Of a stretch of DNA of 64,000 nt, positions 13,550-26,926 are shown one piece after another (positions within the stretch are counted from its first letter, which is position 1; each line of letters opens with the position of its first letter). Under the pieces are notes generated by a model, which ran no database searches, was not told the origin of the DNA, and was given only the letters and a program-made list of their open reading frames with translations. A program made the translations under genes and the position numbers. Source of the DNA: Octopus vulgaris. Lineage: Eukaryota. The stretch is taken from positions 9,300,001 through 9,364,000 of the forward strand of contig OX597822.1 of the NCBI GenBank assembly GCA_951406725.2, given 5' to 3'.

Positions 13550-13742
13550 TCGTGTGTACCGTTGGCGATTTTTTTTCCTCTGTCTTCCCTTCTCGGGATC
13601 TTTCCTTCTCCTTTGTTTCCGACGAAGAGCTCCGCTCGAAACGTTAAACCCTCCTTCTTCCCTTCTTTCCTGGGCGTCCAATAATACTATATTTGTTCCA
13701 CGTCCTCGCGTTGTTGTATTTTTTGTGTTTTCTTGTTTGGAT

Positions 13743-13748
<6 letters not shown>
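13550..13748 (+). mobile_element. About 190-bp HHR-bearing repeat (PLE terminus-like), copy 1, abutting (TA)n
   Basis: Near-identical to 44410-44591. Contains GUUU-CCGACGA-A-GAGC-UCC-GCUC-GAAAC-GUU-AAAC at 13615-13649. Confidence 0.75.
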
Positions 13749-13810
<62 letters not shown>

Positions 13811-13832
13811 CATACATACATACATACATACA

Positions 13833-13864
<32 letters not shown>

Positions 13865-13991
13865 AGGGTGTGTGTATGTGTGTATGCATGTATGGTGTGT
13901 ATCTATTATAACTAGCACTATTTGTAATATATTTATTAGTTTTCAACAGTGTTTTACATCACATAATGCTTTTTCACAGTATAACATGCAT

Positions 13992-14030
<39 letters not shown>

Positions 14031-14034
<4 letters not shown>

Positions 14035-15184
14035 GTTGGCAACTAAGTTTCCGCCGTTTTTTTTAATTTTAATTTTTTAAAAGGTTTAATTTTAAAAATA
14101 CCAACTAATTAATCAATAATGTATTCACCCTTGTTGTTTACAACTTCTTCCCAACTTTCCACAAGATTTTCAATACCTCGTTGGCAGAAAGCATCCGATT
14201 TCGACTCGAAAAATTGATCCAACCATGTTCTCAATTCTGCATCAGTATTGAACGAAATTCCGCGCATAGCATTTGAAAGCGATCGAAAGAGGTGGAAATC
14301 CGTTGGTGCCAAATAAGAAGAGTACGGTTGGTGTAGCAGCACTTCCCAACCATGCGTTTGAATGGCTTCCTTGGTCATATTGGCGATATGATGGCGGGCG
14401 TTGTTGAGCAGCAGAAGAACTCCCTGCTGCCGATTGGGTCTTTTCTCTTGAATAGCCGTGTTGAGTCGTTCCATCTGTTGAACATAGAGTTCCGCGTTGA
14501 CCGTTTGGTTCCGTTCAAGCAATTCGTAATGGATAATCCCTTCCCAGTCCCACCATACGCACAACATCGTTTTATGCGAATGGATCTTGTTTTATGCGCA
14601 GTATCGCTTGTTTATCGGGGCTAAGCCATTCCTTGATTTTTGTTGTTGTCACTTAAAGCATGCGCAACCCATGCTCCATACTTCTGAATCTTTCCCACGA
14701 GTGAAGATGCGTCTCTATAGCAGTGTGGGAGCATTCCCCTTTCTCTGCCAGTTCCCTTGTTTTTTGTTCAAAAGTTGGTTTAATCGCTCTTTATCGAACT
14801 CAACTGAACCGCCAGAAAGAGGTGCGTCATTGAGGGCAAAATTTCCATTTTTGAACTACGCATACCAATCACGATCAGTTCTTTCAGCTATGGCACCCTC
14901 TTCATACACAGCACAAATGTTGCGAGCAGCTTTCGCGGCCTTAGAACCTTGATTAAAGCAAAAAGAAGTAGGTGCCAAAAATGCTCATTTTTCTTAACTT
15001 CACATTCCATTTTAATGATCTGAAATTAAACAAAAATTAACTAAAATTAACTAGAATAAAAAAAGAAAATAGATTCCAAAATTATTCAAAAATAGAATTC
15101 TCGGAAAAAATAGATTCCAAAATTTAAAAACGCAATAAATTCCAAAATTTAAAAACAACGACGGGTACCTAGTTGCCAACCCAA
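14031..15184 (-). mobile_element. Mariner transposon with internal deletion, imperfect TIRs, TA TSD
   Basis: Left end ttgggttggcaactaag, right end ctagttgccaacccaa, TA on both sides. Confidence 0.92.
14109..15010 (-). pseudogene. Mariner transposase pseudogene
   Basis: MECEVKKNEHF...AAKAARNICAVY; MLCVWWDWEGIIHYELL; LLNNARHH (D to N); HQPYSSYLAPTDFHLFRSL. Frameshifts and a deletion are present. Confidence 0.9.
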
Positions 15185-15553
15185 TAGATCGCGCCATTTA
15201 TTATTTCAGTGTCAAGTCCTTTTAATACGCCATATTCTTCATTACTCCATCCTCTCCATTCTTGTTTCATTTACCATTGTTTCATTTGAAAATCATTTTG
15301 TTAAAGCCAATAGACTCTTGATTCTACTCAGGCTTCTCATTTACTCTAATGTTTATTTAATAGTTTAGAAAATCCTGCTTTTAACTGTTGGTTAATTTTA
15401 GAAGTTATTTAAACTTACCTCTTGTACAGATTGGCATTTTAATTGCGTTAAGATGACCCATCATGCTTAAATATCGTGCCAAAACTTTAAAATGTCACAC
15501 ACACACTCACACACGACAGATATGTTTATAGCTGCTTCTAGTTTATATATATG

Positions 15554-15642
<89 letters not shown>

Positions 15643-16126
15643 GCATACACCTACGTGTGTGTATTGAGGGAATGAGACGGAGAAATCGGAGAGGCAGAGA
15701 GAGTAATATTACTTAATACGCTTTACCATTCCCCAATATAATTCTTGATGAATTGAACAACATGGATTAAAGAGAATGGAACAATATTGAATAGGAAAGC
15801 GTCGCGTTTACACTCAAACACATATACATATGTGTAGATGTGTGTGTGTGTGTTTGTATGTATATGTACATTATGGAAGTTTGTGTATATATATGTATGC
15901 ATATATGTTTGTGTGTGCGTGTCTGTATATGTATCTATGTTTATATGTATAATGAAGTCCGTGACATGTTTGAAATGAAAGATAATTTTAAGCGCAAAAC
16001 TTTGTGAACTTCGTAGCATTTTTCCTAATAGAGAACATCACCTGTTTAAATACCCTCATCGTTTTTAAATATTATGTGTGTACCTATGTTTGTGTATGTA
16101 TATGTGTGTGTATGTGTGCGTGTACA

Positions 16127-16235
<109 letters not shown>

Positions 16236-16495
16236 AAGACTACAGTGTACGTTCAAACACATAAGAGATACCCGAAGAATAGGATATCTGACTCGTTAGA
16301 AAGAGCAGTTAAAACTCCAAGCTACCAATTGTTGTAATTCCGAAAGTGATTGAAAAATAAAATCTTTTACCTTAATCCTAGACCCTGCAAGGTTTCTGCA
16401 GACTTAAATACAGATTGAAATAAAATAATCTCAGTCTATATCTGGTGCTGCGTCCTCAGTAGGTTGCCAAGACTGAACACATAGACATGGAGCTA

Positions 16496-16602
16496 TAAGT
16501 AATCAGCCACGTGTCTATAGGTTCTAATTTTTCGAATTTACCGCGCAGATGCGGAACTTAATCAGCACTAAATAAACCTATAGACACGTGGCTGATTACT
16601 TA
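16496..16602. repeat. 28-bp perfect inverted repeat with about 50-nt spacer
   Basis: taagtaatcagccacgtgtctataggtt / aacctatagacacgtggctgattactta. Confidence 0.9.
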
Positions 16603-16699
16603 GCTGATTACCGAGGAACAGAACGAAAACAATGGTTAAACAGGTAAACAATTTCTTTCTAGCTCTAGTTATAGAAGAAACGGATATTAGAAAACACAT

Positions 16700-19600
16700 T
16701 TCTCTTGGAGTTATGAATTGAATGCTGATCTATTTAACTGCTACAAAAAAGAGAAACAAAACTCTGTTGTTGGCTATGTGAATGGATTGAAATCATACTG
16801 GGACGATCAGCACCCGGAATTAAATCACTTTACGGCGAAGCAACTACGCCAACAAGCAACATTTGTAAAACATAGGAAGAAGGTTAGTAATTGCAACTTT
16901 ATTTTAAATATCGAAAATTAACCTTCTTCCCAGCTTTATAAACAAAAACGAAAACTTGAATGATGTAAGACCACCAGGTGGTTTCGCAGCTAACAGCATT
17001 CCAACAGATTCCATAGTGCCTGCCAATTAAACTACATTGGTGTAACTGACCACTGTCCCCCTACAAAGACTGTGGTAAATAGCAAGCACAACCGGAACGA
17101 CTATTGTAGAAGTAGTGGTAGTCAGGATTATATACCGGTGAAATGTGCCCCTGACTGAAATTAGTAAAGCCAAAACTAATTTTAGCTTCGAAATACTCTC
17201 TACCAAAGTAAGTAAAAAGCCACCAGATACGGTATTAAAAGCTGTTAACGAAATTGGTGAGGAATATTTACAGCTGTGTGATGAACCCAGATTCTGGCAG
17301 ATTAACGCCTGTCTATAAATCCTATCTGCTACTGCAAAGCAGTAAGGGAATGACATTCAAAAAGTAAACAAAACCGAAGCAACAAAGAGAATCCCGTCGT
17401 TGGTTTTGAAGACAGAGAAAAAAGATGACTGGGTTACGGAAGACCATCAGTCATGTAATGATGCTTATTGCATACAAACAAGCAAATCATTATACGTCCT
17501 ACCAAGAGGAAGTAAAGAAGGAGATAAAAATGATGTTTGGAGACAGCGAGAGAGGACATTCACTTGCAAACTGATTACCCTCAAGCAGGAGCTAAAAGCT
17601 GTCAGTGAAAAACTCTGATATCAGAACAGAATAACCGAGAGAAGAACAATAAGGAAAAAAATTTAACCACCACCAGTCAGCAGTAGACAGAGACATGAGA
17701 GGAGGAGCAGTGAACATCACAGAAGCTTCTTCACGAGAAGACATAGACTCCTGGAAGAAAATTTGGAGTGAAGAGGAGTTTAACCAAGACGCTCTGTGGC
17801 TGGAAGAAATCCGGAGAAGTTATTGATGGAGAAACGCTTGTAACTGTGATCCAGAAACTCTAGGATGGAAAAGCACATGGAAGAGACTTGATTGTTGGAT
17901 ATTGTATGTACCGACCACACCTTATCAATCTGTACTAGCAAGTTCTCAATGAGAACAGTAGCATACCACTCTGGTTAGCTCCGGCAGAGACAAAATTGAT
18001 CCCCAAATGCAGAACCATCCACATGCAGAACCATCCACAAAAACCTACTGGCCAATTGCATGCCATAACTTAATGTATAAGATATATATAGCATGCTTAA
18101 ACATCTTCCTCCAGGGCCATTGTGAAACCAATAACCTCATCACAGCAGAACAAGCAGCTGGGAAGAAGGGAGTCAAGGGATGTACCGAGCAACTGTTAAT
18201 CAACAAAACTGTGATGTCAGAGGTGCGAGAACATAGGAGGAAAGTAGTTTCAATGTGGCTAAACTACAAGAAAGCCTTTGTTTCTGTCCCCCATTCATGG
18301 ATGCCAGAAGCCCTTCAACTTGCTAAAGTTCCAGTGAGCATAGTCAAATCCATAGCTGACCTAACTTCATCGTGGGCCACCATACTGAAATTAAGCACAA
18401 AGAGTGACTGTATTATCACTGATAGAATACAGTATCGCAAAGGCATATTCTAAGGGAACAGCCTCTCTGTGATGTTGTTTATAATTTCTGTAAACCCATT
18501 GTCATTCATGTTAAAGAAGTCTGAAAGATATCTTACTGGTTCACAAGGAAACAGAAATACCAACATTCCACAGTCTTTCTTTGTGGATGACTTGAAATTT
18601 TATGCAAAGAATATCCATGAGATGAAAAAGGACCTTGAACTAGTTATAACATTCTCAAAGGATGTAGGGTTAGAGTTTGATCAGGACAAATGTTGATATG
18701 TGGTTATGAAAAGGGTCAAAATTATAAACCAGACAAGCAACATCTTCATCAATGATTTGATTGTTTCCCCCTATATCTCTTCAGAAATATTACAAATATC
18801 TAGGGATGTATGAAAACATATCTTACAATGGTACCTGTAGCAAAACACGTGTCACCAAAGAATATTAGAGCCGAATAAAGAAAATTTGGACCTCAGAACT
18901 CTCTGCATTCGATAAAACATTAGCCTACAATGTGTTTGCAGTGCCAGTACTCATACTAACATTTGAGCTGCTTGATTGGATGCTTGATGAGATCCGAGCC
19001 ATTGATGTGAAAGCCAGAAAACTACTAACACGCACACATAACTTCCACATAAACAGTGACGTAGACAGCCTCCACCTGAAACGAAAATAAGGCGGCAGAG
19101 GCTTAACATCGATCCGAAATGCTTTGAATGTCTCATCATATCTCTTCGGCAACATCTTTTAACCACCAAGTGTCGAAGTGTATCCCTTGACCAAGTTTGC
19201 ATATAGGAGGCTGATAACATGATAAGACTTGGAAGGCAGCTCTTTGAGCAACACTCTTTGTCTGATAACCTAGAGTACATGCCCAAAGACGTCACACTTC
19301 TCTACCGAAAGTTTCATCAGATGAAAGAATGGGCCTATATGAGCAAAAGATTATGCATGGATATGTTAGTAGAAAGCTCCGAGATGATAGTAACATTGAT
19401 CATCAAAGCAGTCTATAATGGACCAATAGTCGGATTACTACCTCCCACTTTGAAAGGTATGCGTTTGCAATCTAGGAACAGGAAATATCACCCAAGTACC
19501 TGATATACAAAAGGGACAACATAAGCAGTTGTCCGAAAATGTCATCACGATATTATCTACCGATGGGACATGGCATTGTAGCTACGACACTCTATAATGA

Positions 19601-20050
19601 AATCTATCGGAAGGATAACCCCGAGGACAAAGAAATAAGAACCTACAATATAGTAGAAGCCATAGCCACTCATAATGATAAGAAATACTGGTGGAATGCC
19701 CCAGTAAAATGTAGGCACAACAGAGCTGATAAAATGATTTGGGATAGAGAATAGAAACTGTGTGCAGTTGTGGAAATTAGCTGACCAACGGATGTTAACA
19801 TAAAGCTGAAGATCAGTGAAAAAGAGAATACCTATTGGGAAATCTGCAATTACTCTATACAGATTACAAGTTCAGGTTTATACCTGTAATTATTGGTGAC
19901 CTGGGATGTGTTACACACTGCTTAAATACCAATCTTGAGAAATTAGGCTTCGCAAAACTAGAAAGCAGAAAGCTAATTCGAAGACTACAGATTCAATCCA
20001 ACACTGGAACTGTAAAATTCTGTAAAACCTTCCCGAAGTTTGTCATTTAA
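16700..20050 (+). mobile_element. Near full-length decayed non-LTR retrotransposon, R4/Dong-like (RT plus restriction-like endonuclease)
   Basis: YWPIACHNLMYKIY, EQAAGKKGVKGCTEQLLINK, WLNYKKAFVSVPHSW, GIF*GNSLS, FFVDDLK, YKYLG; C-terminal RHNRADKMIWDRE..VVEIS and FIPVIIGDLG. Many stops and frameshifts. Confidence 0.88.
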
Positions 20051-20323
20051 ATATATATGAGCATGTCTAGATATACAACTATATACATGAGAATACATAC
20101 GTAAAGCAAAACATACAAATCTGCACATATACATGCATACATACATACATACATACATGCATACATACATACATACATACATACATACATACATACATAC
20201 ATACATACATACATACATACATACATACATAGATGTTGTTGATGGTGTTGAAATTCCATGAAGGAACCTTGGATCTAGGTTGAAACCGACTCCGGCATCC
20301 GGAGGTTGGCAACAAGCTTTTTG

Positions 20324-20540
20324 AAGGTGGCGAGCTGACAGAAGCTTTAGCACGCCGGGCGAAATGCGTAGCCGTATTTCGTCTGCCGCTACATTGTGAG
20401 TTCAAATTCCGCCGAGGTCGACTTTGCCTTTCATCCTTTCGGGGTCGATTAAATAAGTACCAGTTACTCACTGGGGTAGATGTAATCGACTTTATCCCTT
20501 TGTCTGTCCTTGTTTGTCCCCTCTGGGCAATAAAGAAATA
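20324..20540 (+). mobile_element. SINE family A (tRNA-like head; central domain resembling Meta/MESC)
   Basis: ggcgagctg...gagttcaaattccgccgaggtcgactttgcctttcatcctttcggggtcgat...aagtaccag, with more than 20 copies in the window. The domain name is from recall, not alignment. Confidence 0.85.
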
Positions 20541-20802
20541 TCTTTCACTTTTGGCAAGAAATCTTGAAATAAAACTGAACATATGTATGTATGTATGTAT
20601 ATATGTATGTATCTGTGTGCGCTAGTTGCTATTTTATAGTGTTGACGTCACATAAAATGATTCTGGAGAAATGGCCGTGGCAATCTGTTTGAATGCCACT
20701 TGAAACCGCAGCATTTACATTTATACATCTCTTGAGACAAACGAGCGTCTTAGTACGCCATTTTGTTTTCTTTATGATTCTCAGCAGTCAGTCATAGGAA
20801 GT

Positions 20803-20858
<56 letters not shown>

Positions 20859-21025
20859 GTGGTAAGATGCTAACTGGTATTATCAGTATGTTTATGCTTC
20901 TTGTGTTGTGTGTGTGTATATGTGAACATGCGTACACATATGTGTGCACTCGCGCGTGCGGTGTGTATATATGTGCGTGGGCGGTACCTTTGAAACTCTA
21001 TGTGGAGATGTATGTGTGGAGGTAT

Positions 21026-21108
<83 letters not shown>

Positions 21109-21509
21109 CATATATACATATATACATATATATATATACATATATATATATATACATATATACATATATATATATACATATATATATGTAAATATATATT
21201 CATAAATATATACATACGCACACACACATATATTTACACACATATATACACACACAGGCATATGCTTATGTATATTTCTATGTATACTTAAATATATATG
21301 TATGTATATATGCATAAATCTACATAGATAATGTATACTCAAACACACACACACGCATATGTATATACATACGTACATATATACATACATACACACACAT
21401 GCCATCAAACAGTCAGACAAAGCCAACAATTAGCAAATCTTTGAAGGCAACGTCACCGTCTTCGTTGCTAAAATAAACGTGACATGCTAATACACTGAGT
21501 CCTTCGAGA

Positions 21510-21830
21510 AGGCGCATGGCTTAAAGGTTAGGGTTTGCGGCTCCCGACCTTGAGACAGAATCTCTGGCGGCACGTTGTATCTCTTCAGCATGTCACTTTA
21601 TTAGACGTTGTTCCACGCTGTTCCAGTCCACTCAGCTGGCAAAAATGGTACCTGTTATTCAATGGGTCAGTCTTACCACATTCTGTGTCGCACTCAATGT
21701 CCCTGAGAACTACGTTAATGGTACGCATGATTGCGGAGTACTCGGCCATTAGCTTGTTTATTTCACAAGCAGGCTGTTCCGTTGATCGGATCAACTAGAG
21801 CACTCATTGCCGTAACCGACGGAATGCCAA
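21510..21830 (+). mobile_element. SINE family C
   Basis: Head ggcgcatggctta..; homologous in reverse to 23690-24017 (gttgatcggatcaact, gacggaatgcca). Confidence 0.75.
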
Positions 21831-21891
21831 AATGATCCTTCAATTAATTATTCATCCTTTTTTATATATAAAGTATGCAGAAAACCAGATT

Positions 21892-21936
<45 letters not shown>

Positions 21937-22429
21937 TACATATATATACACATACATACATACATAAATACATACATTCACGCACACATGCATGTATATA
22001 TATGCGTATAAATTCTATGTGTGTGTAGTTTGAAGTGTGCTTGCGTGGCTGTTGTATACATGCTAGGTGTATATCTGTGTGTGTGTGTACCTGTGTGTGC
22101 TTGCGTGCTTACCTGTATATGAATGCATTGGCAAACCGTTATATTATCACTGAAGAATTTTATCTAAAATAGTAATGTATAAATAATTCTCCCATGGAGC
22201 TTGATGGTTGTCAACGAGTTTATTTCTACTTCACTTTGTTATCAGTGATACCATATGTACTGCAGTATCAAAGGAATTGCTTCATTCAGAATTCAAAACT
22301 AATTTAGAGTTAACTTATTAGCATTAGTATATTTAACAGACTATGAACTGCTGATTTCTGCGTTCAACCCCCATCATCTTCACACCGTGTTATATATTGT
22401 TGATTCATTTTTTAAATATAACTGTACAG

Positions 22430-23620
22430 GTTCTACGTTCAAATTCCACCGAGGTTGTATATGCCTTTTATTCTTTTGTGGTCGATAAATAAGTACCAGT
22501 TGAGCACTGAGGGTAGATGTAATCGACACACACCCTCCCCCGAACTCGCTAGCTTTGTAACCAAAATTCGGGGGCATGGGTCCAAGGGGTGCATCCATCA
22601 CCCTCTTCTGGGGCGGCAGAAGAGAGAATCATAACCGTACCTACAAGTCCAGGTTCTAAGTTCAAATTAGAGGTCGACTTTGCCTTTTACACTTTCGGAG
22701 TCTATAAAAAAAGCACCGGGAGGGTAATCGACTCGCTCACTTCCCTCGACTCGCTGGCCTTCTGCCAAATTTTGAAACCACTATAACTATACAGATTCTA
22801 AGTTCAAATTCTGTTGAAGTCGACTTTGTCGTTTATCATGTCGGAGTCGATAAAATAAGTACCAGTTGAGCACTGGGGGTCGAGGTAACCGACTTACCCT
22901 CTCCCGTGAGCTTGCTGGCCTTGTACAAAAATTTGAAATCAACAAAACTAAGCAAGAATGTGGCGAGCTGGCAGAAACGTTAGCACGCCGGGCGAAATGC
23001 GTAGCCGTATTTCGTCTGCCATTACGTTCTGAGTTCAAATTCCGCCGAGGTCGACTTTGCTTTTCATTCTTTCGGGGTCGATTAAATAAGTACCAGTTAC
23101 GCACTGGGGTCGGTATAATCGACTTAATCCGTTTGTCTGTTCTTGTTTGTCCCCTCTGTGTTTAGCCCCTTGTGGGTAGTAAAGAAATAGGTATTTCGTC
23201 TGCCGTTACGTTGCACTGTGGTCGATATAATCGACATAATCCGTTTGTCTGTCCTTGTTTGTCCTCTCTGTGTTTAGCCCCGTGTGGGTAGTAAAGAAAT
23301 AGGTATTTCTTCCGACTTTACGTTCATAGTTCGAATTCAGGAAGTTGATTTTGCTTTCATCCTTTCAGGGTCGGTAAAATAAATACTAGCTGAAAACTGG
23401 GATCAATGCCCCGAATTTGCTGGCCTTTGCCAATATTTAAAACCCATTTCAAATTCCGCCGAGGTCGACTTTGCTTTTCATCCTTTCGGGGTCGATAAAT
23501 TAAGTACTAGTTACACACTGAAATCGATGTAATCGACTTAATTCGTTTGTCTGTCCTTGTTTGCCCCCTCTATGTTTAGCCTCTTGTGGGTAGTAAAGAA
23601 ACAAATATTTAAAACCCATT
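22430..23620 (+). mobile_element. Head-to-tail array of SINE family A modules
   Basis: At least six repeats of the gtcgactttgcctttcatcctttcggggtcgat core, with two alternative tails. Confidence 0.85.
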
Positions 23621-23689
23621 TAACTATAGAGTAGGTTATTTATGTACTTAGCTTTCAATTATAATTTAATTCATATCAAAGATAATTCA

Positions 23690-24017
23690 ACTGGCACTCC
23701 GTCGGTTGCGACGAGAGGGTTCAAGTTGATCCGATCAAAGGAACAGCCTACACCCGTGAAATTAACGGGCAAGTAACTGAGCACCCGAAAGACACGTATG
23801 CCTTCAACGTAATTTTCAGGGAGATTCAGCATGATACAGAATGTGACACGGCTGGCCCTTTGAATTACAGGTACAACTCATTTTCGCCAGCTAAGAGGAC
23901 TGGAGCAACGTGAAATAAAGTGTCTTGCTCAAGGACACAACGCATCGCTGGGAATTGAACTCACAACCTTATGATCGTGAGACGAATAGACTAACTACTA
24001 AGCCACGCGCGTTCACA
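23690..24017 (-). mobile_element. SINE family C
   Basis: ggagcaacgtgaaataaagtgtcttgctcaaggacacaac followed by a tRNA-like box (gggaattgaactc) on the minus strand. Confidence 0.8.
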
Positions 24018-24393
24018 TAAAGCTGATTTATAGGAATTTTTTAAATCGACTCCAGAGCTTCGTTGGCACTTTATTTTATCGATCCCAGAATGTTAAATAA
24101 ATATCAAAGATATCCTACGAAGGATTTGAAACTCATAACATAAATAAACGTAACTAAATACCGGAAGGCTTTTGATCCAAAACTATTATTTATCGATTAT
24201 CGATTCCGATATCCGCCGTCTTGGTGACCTTTTTTTTTTATTTTCTCATTTCTTTTACCTTAGCTGCTTGAGGCATTTATTTGAGCTTATAAAAAATAAA
24301 GCTAGATCGAAAAGTACGAAATCTTAAACAGATGAAAAAAATGGATATTTATTAGTTTATAATCAATTCGTTAATAGCAATAGAAGAACTGCC

Positions 24394-24807
24394 GGATCTT
24401 TTCGGTTTGACCGACAAATTTTTAAAATAATTTCCACGTAACTAAACACTTTTAAACTTCGTATACTGGTAGAATGTGTTTATAAAACATCTTTTTCTCT
24501 TGGCTTTATTGGGAAAATTCTATAGTTTGTGAGGTATTTGTTGTTGTTTTTTTTTTTCAATTTCTGCAATTTCAACCAATCAATGACGTCTATTGAGGTG
24601 AAAACAATCTGTGCCGTATGAATATGTCCCTCGTTTAAGAAACAGATTGGGTTTATTTACATTTCTGAAGAAAAAAAGGTACCCTTCCCACCACCCCTAA
24701 CCCTAAAACGGATTGAAATGCAATAGATCGATACTAGGGTCATAATTATGGGTGACAATTTCATATGACACCGCTAGAAAAAACTGCCGTTCAAACCGAA
24801 AAGATCC
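24394..24807. mobile_element. 414-bp MITE with GGATCTTTTCGGTTTGA TIRs and 8-bp TSD
   Basis: TSD gaactgcc at 24386-24393 and 24808-24815; 17-bp perfect terminal inverted repeats, extending imperfectly inward. Confidence 0.92.
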
Positions 24808-25198
24808 GAACTGCCTCCACGGACTTTTGAAACTCCTTTTCTGTTTCTTTTACACCTGGCGACAGAAAATAGGGAGCGAAATATTGAAATGCTATAGACA
24901 TGAGATTTCTGATAACTTACTAACCTAGCAGACAACTTTCTGTAGTGAGTAATTCTTTCAATACAAACTGGCCATTAATTACCGGTCTCTGTAGTTTGGG
25001 ATTGAATTTTTCTTCTTCAAGCAGCTGCAACCAAGTTACGTTTCATCACGCTATGTTAGTAAAGTTTCCAATTACCTTACGCGGGTTGAAATTAGGTAAG
25101 AATATTTCAACTTTTAAAGCTAGTCTAATCAATAAAAACCACAAGTGTTCCTAGTGTATTGTTGAAAGGATCTATTATTTTTTTTAATATATTCTGCC

Positions 25199-25751
<553 letters not shown>

Positions 25752-25752
<1 letters not shown>

Positions 25753-26690
25753 AGGTTATAAAATGAGATAGGGGTTGAAAATTCAACCCACCATGGGATA
25801 ATATATATCCAATATACTGCTAGATAGGTACCCAACAAAATTAATACATAGATGTTAAAAATTGTCAAGCAATCAGTTCATCTATTGTATTAAATGGGTA
25901 AAGGTAATAATATTACCGTAAATTAATACTACAAAATTAGAGAATGGAGAAACATACTTAAATCAGTAAAACATCAACTATCCGATGATACTCAATCCAT
26001 ACTTTAATACACCATTACATATGAGTAAAGGCAATATATAAAATGAAATGAGATATACAGTAATAGTAAAAGTAAAAAGATAAAGAGATATAAGTAAAAA
26101 ATTTCAAATATAATATGCAAATAAATCAAAACTGACAGCTGTTTCGGCAGTGAGGACAGTCATACCTCATTTAACCTATAAGCCATAAAGGCAGGTATAA
26201 ATGAGGCATTAACAAGGATGCCCCACGGCCTCTTCAGAGAATTAAATTAAATTTGTTATAATAGTGAAAAATATTATATAATCATATACATATAAATATA
26301 AAAATATAAAAATGTAAAATATAAAAACTTATACATCATAATGCTACACTTATATAATATAATACACATTTGTACAAAAAGGAAGGTAAACAGAACAAAA
26401 TAAAACAAAATATATAACAGTGTGATATATTAATATTAATAAGTACCGATATTATACATATTTGGCTAATAGTTTTTTTTAAAAAAGAAAAAGGGCTAAC
26501 ACATATGGAGATGAAAAATAATAATTAAATCAGTGGTACAGTTCATATACTATTACTGTATATCTCATTTCATTTTATATATTGCCTTTACTCATATGTA
26601 ATGGTGTATTAAAGTATGGATTGAGTATCATCGGATAGTTGATGTTTTACTGATTTAAGTATGTTTCTCCATTCTCTAATTTTGTAGTTA
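25752..26690 (-). mobile_element. PLE-like terminal fragment with 141-bp inverted duplication, flanked by (TA)n
   Basis: 25928-26068 is the reverse complement of 26548-26688, with an HHR fold between the arms. Confidence 0.75.
26128..26243 (-). ncRNA. Hammerhead ribozyme candidate with long stem II
   Basis: CUGAAGA-GGCCGUGGGG...(internal hairpin CCUCAUUUA/UAAAUGAGG)...CCUCACUGCC-GAAAC-AGCU-GUC. Stem III is palindromic and stem I is weak. Confidence 0.7.
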
Positions 26691-26751
<61 letters not shown>

Positions 26752-26799
26752 ACATATATATATATATATGTATACATATATATATATATATATATATGT

Positions 26800-26926
<127 letters not shown>

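Noticed and set aside
20640-20785. TGACGTCA, CGCCATTTT and GGAAGT motif cluster
   Set aside because: Short motifs are expected by chance, and there is no gene context to support a promoter call.
22430-23620. Repeat-spacer-like periodicity suggesting CRISPR
   Set aside because: Eukaryotic SINE modules with non-unique spacers and irregular period; no cas genes.
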